This document shows, in pieces, positions 23,880 to 36,207 of a stretch of DNA of 51,194 nucleotides; position 1 is the stretch's first letter; every line of letters begins with the position of its first letter. The translations under genes and the position numbers were made by a program. The notes beneath the pieces are model-generated. The model ran no database searches, was not told where the DNA came from, and saw only the letters and a program-made list of their open reading frames with translations. The DNA is from Girardia tigrina. Taxonomy: Eukaryota. The DNA is taken from positions 1 through 51,194 of the forward strand of contig MQRK01185861.1 in assembly GCA_001938485.1 (NCBI GenBank), given 5' to 3'.

Positions 23880-24410
23880 AATATGAACACTAATATTATT
23901 TTTAATACATTTATCGATATCACAACTCGAATTTCTACCAGGACAATTCTCCACAAAATTTTCGTAGCTAGTCTTTGTTCTTGATTGATAAATTTTAAAT
24001 ATATTTATAAATCCCTTCTTATTCAAACAAATTTAAATTAAAAAATAATTTTAAATTATTTTTTAACAATATTTAATATATATATATATATNNNNNNNNN
24101 NNNNNNNNNNNNNNNNNNNNNNNNNNNNNNNNNNNNNNNNNNNNNNNNNNNNNNNNNNNNNNNNNNNNNNNNNNNNNNNNNNNNNNNNNNNNNNNNNNNN
24201 NNNNNNNNNNNNNNNNNNNNNNNNNNNNNNNNNNNNNNNNNNNNNNNNNNNNNNNNNNNNNNNNNNNNNNNNNNNNNNNTAATTTTAAAGTTGTTATTTA
24301 CATTGTTAAATTGTCTGAATAATTCGACGGTTTAAAATATTTAAAATATCCCACAATCCTCAAATACCAAACAACATACAATAAACACCATTCAAAAATA
24401 TTCCTCACAG
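23880..24410. repeat. Dispersed repeat homologous to 48060-48432
   Basis: Shared blocks AATTCTCCACAAAA.TTTCGTAG, TGTC.GAATAAT.CGACGGTT and TACAATAAACACCATTC in the same orientation. Confidence 0.75.
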
Positions 24411-24939
24411 GTATGATGAACTTTTTATTAATAAACTGACTTTGGTTCTAAAAATGTCATACTTGATGACTTAATATATTAATTTTTATTATTTATCTTA
24501 GCTTTTTATCACAATGAGTCTCATTTTGGCCCCCATCATTATTATACAATCAAATGTTTCGAAGCTGGCCAAGTTAGCAAAGGTTACTTTTTTCCTATCA
24601 ACCGTTTCAAAAAAAGTTCAATGGAGAGAGGCTCGTTGCAGCGGTTAACTGTTTCTTGGAGTAACATATTTCTTAATCCACAGCTGAATCCATACTACTT
24701 TTGCCATTATCATGCGCTTAGTTTTCTTAAAAAAATATCCAAACATTTAAATTTTTACCCAAATCAAATTTAAAATCAAAAATATATTTTTATGAAAAAA
24801 ATTCAAAAATTTTCCATTAAATCTGTTTTGTGAAAGAAAATAATAACGGACAAGTTAAAAAAAGTATGAGGGGGGCTAAATAAAATATAAATGATCAAGA
24901 TTTTTTTTCTAATCGATTATTGAAATAAATTATCTTTTA

Positions 24940-25020
24940 TTGAAAAGTTGTCAGTTTCATCAAATTGTGATTGGTTGAAAGAAATGATCGCTGTGCGATT
25001 TGATTGGTGGAAAAGTTCAG
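24940..25020 (+). promoter_or_regulatory. Candidate pax6 promoter with tandem inverted CCAAT boxes
   Basis: TGATTGG at 24968-24974 and 25001-25007, 33 bp apart, upstream of a strong splice donor. Confidence 0.5.
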
Positions 25021-25370
25021 CAATAGAGAATTTCTGTGACACACCTGGCTGATGATGCCGAGTAAAGAAAACAAGTGTTATGCTTCATAACAAATTGCAT
25101 TTGATGGATGTTGTCGAATAATATAAAACAATTCAACCGTGTTCGGTTTTCCAGTATCTCTGCCACATTAGTGACAGAAAACTCATTCAACTGTATTGAC
25201 ATTATTGCACTTCGTCAGCGTCATTGACGATTTGTCGTTTCCAACACTGAGCACTGTGAAATATCCGAAGATCGATAATTATTTCTTACATCAAAGTCAG
25301 TTCGGTCAGGTGTGACTTTTTGATTGATTTATTGAACTGGACGAAATTGACAGATACATTTTTCCATTCA
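25020..25370 (+). other. pax6B: Probable non-coding first exon of pax6 (start uncertain)
   Basis: Relatively GC-rich island ending in consensus donor CA|GTGAGT at 25371; matching acceptor TTTTTCAG ends at 25786. Confidence 0.55.
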
Positions 25371-25816
25371 GTGAGTTTGTGGGGTTATTTTTTATTCTTT
25401 TTTTAGTATATTTTTTTCTCCTTTTTTTCATTTATTTACCATTTTTCATAGTTCAATTATTGAAAAAAAAACCCATTTGAAATCGATATTTTTTTGTCTT
25501 TTAATCTCTATTTTTAGATTTATTAATAAACTTTTATTTATCGTTTTTTTTCTTTCTTTTTAATTTTGTATTTTATTAATTTTTTTTTATTTTTTGAAAA
25601 AAAAATATGGAGATAGTGAAAAAAAAGGGATAATTTTAGAGAAAAAAAAACAAATATTATTTTTTTGAATAATTATATATATTAATTTTTATTTGTAAAA
25701 AAAAATAATAAAGAAAAATAATTTTTGAAATTGTAATAATTTTTTTATAAAATTAATTTATTTTTAATTATGATTTTGTTTTTCAGTAAAATAATAGAAA
25801 AAAATTTTGATATCTA

Positions 25817-25874
25817 ATGGTGTTTTCAAATTGTTCCGAAGAAAATATGAAAATCAATCGAAAATTAAGAAAAG
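25817..25874 (+). CDS. pax6B: Pax6 coding exon 1 (MVFSNCSEENMKINRKLRK-G)
   Basis: ATG, 19 codons plus 1 nt, donor AAG|GTATTT; phase 1 joins G|GA-CAC-TCG (GHS) at 35861, the conserved Pax6 intron position. Confidence 0.75.
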
Positions 25875-27390
25875 GTATTTTTTGTTAATTAAATAATTAA
25901 TTAATTTTTGAAAATTGTTATAATATGAAAAAAAATTTTTTTAATAGTTTTTAAAATCGGTAGCACTTGATTTTGTCATTAATTAATAACCCGAGTCAAC
26001 GATGCATAAGTGGGGATATTGAGGGTGGTGTCCGACCGGAATGGGGTCCCATCTGCCCCTTGCAGCTGCAATCAGGGCGCTGTTCATCGTTTACATCTGT
26101 AGATTAACGAGGAAAACATACGTTAATTATTTGAGTCGTTCGACAAAAAAGAGGTCTGAAGGATCATAGAAAATTTCTGTTGCTTGTAGGAAAAAGCCCA
26201 ATAATAAATATTTTAAATCGGAGTTTTAATGTGGGATAAATTATAAAATTTTATTAAAAATTTTCTCAAAATATTTTTTGTTTTGAAATTAGAAAATATT
26301 CCATATTATTTTTTTTGTTCTTTTACTATGACTTTATAAAATAAAATAGTTATAAATAATATTAAAAATGATAATATAATTAAATAATTATAAATATACA
26401 TTTCTAAATGGAGTCAAACTAATATATTTAATCAGTTTGTCTTATTAGATTAATTATTTTTGTTTTCCGAGAACGAAGCTTTAAAAACGAGGACGTCGAT
26501 TATTTATTTATTTAATTATTTATTAAAAATTATTACTTTATAAAAATTAAGAGAATTGAATTGATTCAATTACTTGCATTATTGTAAAAAAATATTATAA
26601 ATAATTTTTATTATTATTTATAATATTTTATATTCAAATTTTGTACCTTTTACTAACCAATTTTATATTAATTACTTTAAGAAATTATGATTATTATATT
26701 TATTGTAAAATATTGTTTTTTATATCACTTAAATATTTTTTCTAATTAATATTCTAAAGTTCAATGTTTCAAGATCCTTCAAAATTCTTTTAAAAGAAGA
26801 ATATTGTAAAAAAGACAAGAATCCCAATATAACAAAACCCTGACCCCTTTATATAAATTTTTATTGTTTTCTTTATAATTTGTACCATATGAATGATCAA
26901 TTTACTTTTCAGCCACCACAATACAGCATCCTCGAAAGTTTTTAAATCGCCGACTTATGACTAATCCTCTTTTACCAATTTTTATAACCTTTTAAGTAGC
27001 GTTTAAGGAACAAGTTTAATCATACAGTGGGCGCTAGTAAATCTCTTAATGTTAACATAATTTTGAAGTGTTTTATTTATTTTTTTTTTCGTTTTGCTGT
27101 CTACCATGAAATTCGGATTAAATTGTCTTTGTTGAAAATTAAATCTAAAAAAAAATAAAACATTTGATGTAAAATAATTCTTATGAAATTACCCACACTT
27201 TTTGGCTTGTTCCTTTTTATAAAATCTTAAACCATGAAAATAATATTAAAATAATTTTTAATCTACAATTAAAATATTTTATTTGTTATTTGTATGATTT
27301 ATTTTAAAACTCATGGACGCAAATAAAAAACGTTCTGTGATCCTTTTCAAAACTCGTCTTTTCTTAAAAATTCGATTTAATAAAATCGAT

Positions 27391-27729
27391 CAGCTGTTCC
27401 CAACCTGTTGTACGCGAAAAGTTGCTTAGGAGTATTTAAAAAAAGTATTATGGCGGAAAATGCAATTTAAATCTAGTCTGAAAACTCAGTAGAATCTTTA
27501 AACACATTGCAAATGGTTATTTTCTTATATTAAAATAATTAAATAATAGGAAATAGTACCGTATGCTGATTTTTAAACACATTTATAAGGGCAAAATACT
27601 TGTCTTGGAAGTAAATATATTTGTATATCTGAAATTACTAAATGATTTCTTATTTGTGTGTTAAGAGTACCCACTAAGTAAACAATCAGGTAGATGGGAA
27701 CTCTAATGAAAAAAGATTGGGAACCGCTG
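27391..27729. mobile_element. hAT-type MITE (intronic)
   Basis: TIRs CAGCTGTTCCCAACCT / AGATTGGGAACCGCTG; TSD AAATCGAT / AAATAGAT. Confidence 0.8.
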
Positions 27730-27899
27730 AAATAGATAAATAATAAATCAATATCAAATCAAATCCGTATGGCTTCTTCATTTTTAGAAACAATCTTGGC
27801 TTCAATAATAGGGTTATTCATTTTTATATCCCCATTGATACTATAGTCTATGATTTATTAAAGATTAAAAAGAAAAGCTTGCCATAAAGATATTTAATT

Positions 27900-29300
27900 A
27901 AAACCTAATATATATTTTTATACAACAGCTACAATGTACGAAAGGACATGATTTATACAAATAAAAGGTTCCTTCGTTTGGCTTTCTCTACAAATTCACG
28001 CATATGTCGATAGAACCCTTGGCAGTTCTGGCATTTGTATTCTCGAGGATTTAAAACGAGCTTTTATCATTGCGAAAGATTTCTCAATGGGATTAAGTTG
28101 GGGAGAAAAAGGAAGAACGAATTTAAGGGCAATGTTTTTGGATATTAGGAATCTTATAAAATGTGTTGATTTGTGAATCCTATCATTTTTCATCACAAGT
28201 ATTTCGTTGGGATTTTGCTCAAACAATGGCACAAGAGAGTTATAAATAAATTCAATAAGTAATCTGATTTGAAAGATCCAGATCTGTAATTATATCTAAT
28301 CATTCCATGTTCGCCTATTGATATACTAAGCTTTTGTTAATATTTTTATCCCAGGAACAGTAATATAGGCTTTCATATTTTCGAGTGAATATCCGTAACT
28401 TCTTCTGTAGGCAATGTCAATATTCCGTGGTGTAGCTCCATCTTCCTCCACCTCCAGATGTAACTGGTTTATCGGATAAATATACTTTAGAGATAAACTT
28501 TATCCTTCTTTATCGCTCGCTCCCGCATTTTGACTCTTACTCTTTGCAGCACGGCAAAAAGACTGATTCATAAACTCATTATTCTGATGATAATCACAGT
28601 CTCATTTCTATAGATCAAGTTGTGACTGTGCACGAGTACAGTGGTCAACCAGAGTTATTCATCGAAGGGTATCAATACTAAAAGTTATTTCCCGTATGGT
28701 TTGAAAAAGATGCATTTCAGAAAAATGGGTTTCATTTTCACAACATTGTCAAAAAGAGGGTGTCCAGTAAAAAACCATTAAAATATGGCCTGTTCTTCTG
28801 GTATGTTGATTGAAATCAGTTTCAATCAATGTATATCAGATTTATATTTGGAACACGAGATAATTCGTTTTTAAACACAGCTCTGTCGTTCAATCTTTCT
28901 GATGTATTACGCTCTCAGTGTTTCAAAGAAAGTCTTTTCCTAGAGAATTTTATTTTCTTAATTATTCTAGAAATGGTTGGCTGTGAAATTCTCATGTTGT
29001 TTTTCTGTTCAATTTCATAGCTGTATTTCAATGACCGTATTGTTACAAGAGATGGCGTTAAATATACTCTGATCAACCGCATTAAACACTTCATTTCTCT
29101 GACAGTGTTTTAGATCGTTTCTCGTTAGCAATGATAAACCATTCTCTTTTGTAATGCTTCCTGATTATTGGGCTCAAGGTTTTGTGATCAATGTTCAGAG
29201 ACTCTGCCATTTCTAAATTGTTGATTTCTGTAGTAACAGTCTTTCGTTGTTTTCTTGACATAGCGAATCAGGATAATTTTGTTAATAAACTAAAAATAAC
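27900..29300 (-). mobile_element. Degenerate IS630/Tc1-like transposase (intronic)
   Basis: ILVMKNDRIHKS and LPFSPQLNPIEKSF; eroded N-terminal part from ATG near 29261. Confidence 0.7.
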
Positions 29301-30229
29301 TGTCAGAAATAATAAGTAACATTGAAATACGTGTATATTGAAATTCAAAAGGTTTAAATTCAATGTCTTGATTTATTTATTATATGTTCTTGTCGGATCA
29401 GTACCTTCAGCGGTTATCAACAGACATAGGATCATCAACTATATATATATATATATATAACTACATAATTATATATTATTAAAAAATTCCATTGGAAGTA
29501 TTAGATCTCTATAGAATTTAAAATTAATTCACTAATGTGTTCCGCTAAATTATTTTTCAAAAATAATTAATCTCAACAGCAACATTACCTCATTCCCTGA
29601 TCAATATAGACTCTCCATTTGTAATCTCTTGGAATCAACCATAAAACTAGAACTCTGATGACAACAATGACTGAACCAGTGGTCTCTACAACCACATGAA
29701 AAGAGCGGTTTTTTATATTCATGCATTCTGAATCAATTATTGAAAATAAGTCGATTTCGACAGAGGATTTTCAATCTAAATATCGGGATCCACGGTCAGT
29801 TGTGACGATTGTAAAGTGGTTGCTGGACGACTACCAGTGATCAATCGTACATGATTCGTTGAAGGAATCAATGATCGCACGGATGTTAAGTCGTTGATCA
29901 TAAGTCGTCTAATCTTATCGCCAGTTAGTTTCATCAAAAATGTTCTAACACTCATTCCTCAAATAATAATTCTTATATTAATTGTTGAAGCAGTTATACA
30001 AATAACAATCAATCTATGTACGACTACAGACCATCAAAGAAAAACTCATTTTATTTACATCGGATACAGGATTTCTTAATAATATCAATCATATTAAAAA
30101 ATATATGAATAATATTAAAATTATTTATATTTTCAAAATATACTCGTTTTTTATATTTAAATCTTACTACATCTTGCATTGTACTTAACATCCTTGAATA
30201 TTTGGTTCAATTTATTGTGTCCATACCTT

Positions 30230-30617
30230 CCTGATATACAGAAAATTTTTTCTGGGGAGGGGGGGAATTCAGTTATATAGGGGGGACGGAGGCTGAATAT
30301 TTTAAAACAATTTTGTAATGTTAAAACCAGAAGCAATTAATGCAACATGAACATTCTCAATAGTATTTTCCTTAAAATAACGAAATAAATGAACACTGTC
30401 ACCAAATAAGAATTATTATTCAATTCATTGATGTTTATAATGGAATTGCAATGCGTCGAGTGTTTTCGGAAGTGTGCCATAAACGCACAATCTGCTCCAC
30501 AATTTCTACTGTCAGTGTTTCTGGAGCTTCTGTAGTGGTGCGCACTAAGTGGGCGATGTTTCCGGAGGAAAATTCTGGGAGGGATTTACCCCCCCCCCCC
30601 CNCCCAGATTGATGCCT
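30230..30617. mobile_element. Possible MITE relic with G-run and C-run subterminal tracts
   Basis: TTTTTCTGGGGAGGGGGG near one end and CCCC...CAGATTGATGCCTG at the other, like the 10070 MITE; no TSD found. Confidence 0.35.
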
Positions 30618-32799
30618 GGCGGAAACACTGCTTGCTTGGTTGTGTGAATATAACAAGCATGCACCAGGTTGTACAAAAGAATGAATATACAAAATATTGA
30701 GGAAATAGGGTACTCCTAGTAAATCAAGGGACTCCTTAATTATCAAAAGATTATCAATTAAAAATAACTAATATTAATAATACGAAAACAAATTCACTTC
30801 TTTTATTTATTAATGTAAGTAAATACATTTTATTATTTTTTTAAAAATAAATCATCAATTAAAACAAATTATATCAACATATTTGGTAAATTCAATTAAC
30901 TGTGAACCTTTGATACTGATAACATTTGGGAACGTCGCAAACTTTTGATGATCCGCAGAAGATAATGTACTGTTCTAAATGAGGACAGCCTTAATTGCCC
31001 TGACGACATGAATGCAGTATATCCCCCTAACACATTACTTAAAATTATTAATAAACAGAGCTATAACAAATAGAAATCTCATTCACTCTAGTGAATACAG
31101 AAAACAAGTTACATAGCAATGTTAGCATACATAATCAGTGGCTGCATTCATCAATATAATTCTACGGGTTTAAGGAAATCAAATTGAGAAATGTACAATC
31201 AAATTATATTAAAAAAAGACGTGAAAGTACTCGTAATCGTTGTAATCACCGAGGTCTGGCTAGTTTGGCAGCTTAATTAGGCAGATTAAATCTGTAGTCA
31301 AATTATTTAGTGATTTCCGTATACGAATTTGCAGTTAAACTCTGCTGTTTCCGACACAATTGTCTTTATTTTTCTTCTATAAATCTAATAAAAGGTTGTT
31401 AAATTATGAACCCCCCACACGGTTCTCCAGCCGGAGGTGTGGCTTATGTCATCTGCAACACTAGAAATTCCGCCGCTTTTTTTCCAAAAAAAAACAGGAA
31501 AGGTTTGAAAACCCTGTCAATCAAACGTTACTAAGCAATCGAAATGGTCACATCTCGGGTGTGATTGAGGCTTTCAAATAGAAAAAAAGGAATGGACGAA
31601 AAGAATATCGTGATAAAACAAGTCTTTTTTTCGTAACGAAGGATTACTAAAAGAAAGAATGATAATATTTTCAAATTCCTAAAAAGAGGGTCGAAAAAAG
31701 ATATTTTTGTTTGAAATAATTTCCTTCGAATTTGTTATGTTTGTTTTTGAAATAGACTGATGAAATATAACTGTGTACCTATTCATATGTAAATGTAGCT
31801 GAGTGGGTTGGTCTATTTCATCAAGACAATTAATGCATTTTATTGTCAATTAATATTAAGTGTTTCTGGAAATTTTTTTGCTTATCATAAAAAGATTAAT
31901 TAAAATAATTAACAATATATCAATTTAATTTAAAGTTTTTGAAATTCATGAGGATGTAAGGTATACTTGAGAAGGTCGGATATTTTTTTAATATTTTATT
32001 ATATTATTTATTTTTTTTTCTTAAATTTGATTATGATTTTCCTATTAGGAAAAGTCAGTCAATATTATTATTATTAATAATAATAATAAAAAAATTAAAA
32101 AAAAATTGGAAAAATTTACATGATTCTCAAAACTCATCAAGGTTTTCCTAAGCATTTAAAATCAATATTCATCATGTTTTTCTAGAATTTATATTTTAAT
32201 GGAGATTGGCAAATAATTATTGATTCTCTGTTTCAGATGTTATTCGTAATCGATGAGAGTTTGATGCCATAAAGAATTGATAGAAATAAGCCGAGTTTAT
32301 TCTCAATGACAAAAACAATCTGCTCTTTTTTCGAATTCTTTCTATCTTTGAAATGATTATTAAAAAAAATAATTCAGAAAAAAACAAAATTAAAAAAAGT
32401 GTTCTATTCTTCAACTAAAATTTTCCATAGAAAAATGCTTTCTTCTTTTACTTTTTTTATTAAAAAAATTATTTGTTTTAATCAAGAAAAAAATATATAA
32501 ATAACATAATTAATTATTATATTCTAATAAAATATAATAATAAATTATTGAATAATAATGGTTACTCAAAATCAATTGTTGAGAAATCGACCAAACAAAC
32601 AATCGATAAATTAATCATTAAACCGATTAAAAATTATATTAAAGAACCACTGATTTTAAAATATGTTTTGAGTATTTCTTATTCCGAAGGTTTTGGTCAA
32701 TTTCAACGTTTAATTTTGAAATGAGTCAATAAATGCTTTTCATTTAAAAATAATATCGCAAACATATAAAATCCAAAATATATTTTGTAATAAATCTCC

Positions 32800-33120
32800 A
32801 ACCCCTAGTATGGGTGGAAGTAATATTCCAGAGCACAGAAAAGTTAACAAATTGAACGAAAATATTAACAAAAATAATTTTAAAATTCTGTGTGCTCAGT
32901 TTAATAATTATTGGGAAAGAGTTGCCTGTGAAGATGTTTGGATCCTAAGATTAATGTACAAATGGGTCTCTCGACAACCTTATAGGGTTTGTTTAGATAA
33001 CACAATCACTTTTTGTCTATATAAGCATAATTTCTTTATGACCTGACGATGACGATTATATTGTCGAAATTAATTGTCTGTAATAATAAGAATTCTTTCT
33101 TTAAATGGCGCTTTTATGTG
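32800..33120 (+). mobile_element. Penelope-like 3' remnant (GIY-YIG C-terminus plus terminal repeat)
   Basis: SNIPEH..NFKIL..YWERVACE; downstream segment resembles 7490-7660 and carries a hammerhead core. Confidence 0.7.
33036..33084 (+). ncRNA. Minimal hammerhead ribozyme
   Basis: TTATGAC CTGACGA T GACGAT-TAT-ATTGTC GAAA TTAA TT GTC; stem II intact, palindromic stem III. Confidence 0.7.
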
Positions 33121-33160
33121 TTCAATAATAATAATAGAAGGAATAATAAAATGAACAATA

Positions 33161-34905
33161 CAGAGTTTCCCGTTTAATTTGCAAAAGATCTCAATGATTG
33201 TGCAATAAAATAAAAAATAGAAAAAAATATAAAAATTTTAAAACTAAAATTATTTTTTCTTTACAAATGAAATTGAAATTTGCAAATGTTTAAAAACATT
33301 TTTTGCAATAAAAATCGAATTAACATGCCTAACATCTTTTTGTAATATGCTTCACAGTTTTCTCTTGAAATTCTTAAAAATGACGAATCAATAAAAGTGG
33401 TTAATTCTTCTTCATTTACTGGTCTTGAACTTATAACCATTTGCTTCCACTGAGAAAATAGATGCTCAATTGGATTTAAAAATGGAGAATATTAGTGGTT
33501 CTTGGAACATCGTCGGAATTATTAGTAGCAGACATTAAAACTTTTATTATACTTCAAAAACAATTGTTTAAATCTAATATTTAAACAAATTTATTTTTTT
33601 GAGAAACTATTTTTTTTATAAATCTTAAACCGATATAGATAAAAATACATATAAATATTCATATTTGATTTTTCTATTACTTCTATAAATCAATTTTAAA
33701 TTACGATAACACTTTAAAATATTTAATCGTTTCATTTAATTTTATTACTTTTTTTAAAATCGTTACACATAAAAATTATACACTTTTTTTTCCTTTTTAT
33801 GTTATATTAAATTTTTCAAAAAATTTTTATTAGCAATTTAATTGATCTTCTTAATTTTAATAATTTTATTTTTTCAAAACGTTACATATTTAATTATATA
33901 AAAATTTTAATTTGTTCATATTTAATATAACCTTCTTTCAAAAATTTTCCTAACATTTTTAATTCCTAACAGATAATATGGCGGAAAAACTTAATCTCGT
34001 GTCTAGATAATGTTACTTTGTCTTGAACAATGCGATTCTGATGAAAAGTAACATAATCCATGACCAATATTGTGCCACTTATTCCGTTTTCGGCCAATCT
34101 AACTAACAATTCATCAATAAACGAACAAAAACCTTTCCGTATTAAATGCTCGAGACTCTTTCTTATGAAAAAACATTCCCGATATCGAGATGACTGAGCA
34201 AACGGAAACAGTCTTACTCCTCGAATTCGGAGCAACCTGAAAAGCACGATGTTCAACAGGAGCTCGACCTTTTTTGCTACGCATACTCACACAGAAACCC
34301 ACTTCATTAACAAATTAATATTGCAATGGTTTTATCATCATTTCTTCTTTCTGGCATTAGTGATATACGTTTAAGAGAAAATGAAAAACTTTAAATTGCT
34401 CGATCAATTGTCGATCTGCTTACATCCACTTGATAATTATCCAAAATATTTTTTTGATCGAATCGAGCGTTATCGAACAATCTTCTGCAATGAAATCTCT
34501 TACTGAATTTAAATGCACATCAGAGAGTGCCTTTGGTTTATATCCGCCACGTTTTTTAGACTCATATCTTCCTTCTTTTATAAATGCCTTTACATCTCCA
34601 TCGACAGTTGTTCTATGACATCCAAACATTTCAGCAATTACCGGAGAGCTCTTGCAATTTTCATAAGCTCTGATTATTCTAGTTCTAACATCATTGCTTA
34701 ATCCATTTGTCATTTTAAGGCGTTTAAATTTTGCAATTGAAAATTATATATAATTTTTTTAATGAAAAACAATATATTGATCATAAAATAAATTTAATTA
34801 TTTTTTTTAATTTTTTATTTTATTGCAAAATCATTGAGATATTTATATTTTTAAAAATCGTGGCAAAATCATTTAGACATTTTGCAAATTAAACGGGAAA
34901 CCCTG
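33161..34905 (-). mobile_element. Tc1/IS630-like DNA transposon with both TIRs (transposase pseudogene)
   Basis: TA-CAGAGTTTCCCGTTTAATTTGCAAAA ... TTTTGCAAATTAAACGGGAAACCCTG-TA; HTH at 34420-34713; ILVMDYVTFH; PPY/SPFLNPIE. Confidence 0.92.
33493..33974. mobile_element. AT-rich ~480-bp non-autonomous insertion; second copy at 45426-45862
   Basis: Interrupts the PPY|SPFLNPIE codons; AATAT on both flanks; collinear with 45426-45862. Confidence 0.8.
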
Positions 34906-35860
34906 TAAATGCTAATAAATTACAAATCAATTATTTTAAGGAATTTCTATCAAAATAGAAGCGCAGAAAAGTGTACTTCAAAAAAGGTCGAAAATCTAAA
35001 AAGGCTAAATAAAATTTATATTTTTCTTATTTAAAATTCCTTGATTTTATTATGTTTATATTTTTAAAAATATAATTCCTTCCAGGTTACAAAGCTTTTA
35101 AATTTAAATACTGATCACTAAAATCTTTCGAATGATTTTTGTAATATTTAAATTTAATTTATTTATTTTTTTCGATTTAACTGACACAATTACACAAAAA
35201 ATACTATATTAATTTATTTTAATTTCTTATTGTCAGCAAGTAATTTTTTGTTGACCACGGTCAAAAGAAAATTTATTATTTATACAAAAAATTTATTTTT
35301 TAAAAAAAATATTTTTTTAATGTCACTATGAAACTTAATGGAAAATTTTTTTATTTTTTTTTCGTCAAGAAAAAAACCGTTTATAATTTTTATTAACTTT
35401 TAAAAAATTAAAACGAAAACATTTTTTTTGTATATGAATCTACAGATGTTACAAACGGCACCGAGACTTGCGCGTTAATCCTGCCGGGTCAGCCGGTTAA
35501 GTGTCACCTCACCAGGCAGCTCACCACTGTCCTTATAAAAAATATATAATGATTTTTCGACACTTCTCACTGCAACTTGGCGCCAGCCATCAAACAGTAG
35601 TCTGGCTTTTGATCAAGCCAAGTTTTCACATAACTCCTTTTCAGCATCTTTACCGTTATCTTTGTCTAACTTTTTTTTTGGCCAAACGACAGATATTTGA
35701 TTTATTATTTAATGGCAAAATCTTTTTCTTTCACTCACCACAGTAATATAAAGAAAACGGATTTTTTCTTAATAACCAAAAAAATCGAATCTATATAACG
35801 TGTAAATTTAATGACATAAAATATCGTTTTTAATCAAGCTACATTTTTAATTGTTTTTAG

Positions 35861-36207
35861 GACACTCGGGAATCAATCAATTAGGAGGTATATTCGTTAA
35901 TGGTCGACCTTTACCGGATGTTACCCGTCAGAGGATAATCGAACTTTCCCAGTCCGGAGCTCGACCTTGCGATATATCTCGAATATTACAAGTTTCAAAT
36001 GGTTGTGTGAGCAAAATACTCTGCCGATATTACGAAACCGGTTCCATAAAACCGAAAGCGATCGGAGGTAGTAAACCCCGAGTGGCAACCAATACGGTAG
36101 TGCGTAAGGTGACGATATACAAACAGGAAAGTCCGTCAATGTTCGCCTGGGAAATCCGCGATCGTCTATTACAAGATGGCGTTTGCAACCAAGACAATTT
36201 ACCCAGT
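35861..36207 (+). CDS. pax6B: Pax6 coding exon 2 (paired domain)
   Basis: [20 protein letters not shown]...[11 protein letters not shown]...[12 protein letters not shown] with Pax6-specific I-Q-N residues; TTTTAG| acceptor and |GTAGGT donor. Confidence 0.97.

Noticed and set aside
29570-30070. Moderately GC-rich intronic block
   Set aside because: No ORF motif, termini or second copy; unclassifiable, probably an old TE.
31410-31445. Small hairpin CCACAC..CTCC-AGCC-GGAG-GTGTGG
   Set aside because: Short and single, with no recognisable RNA family.
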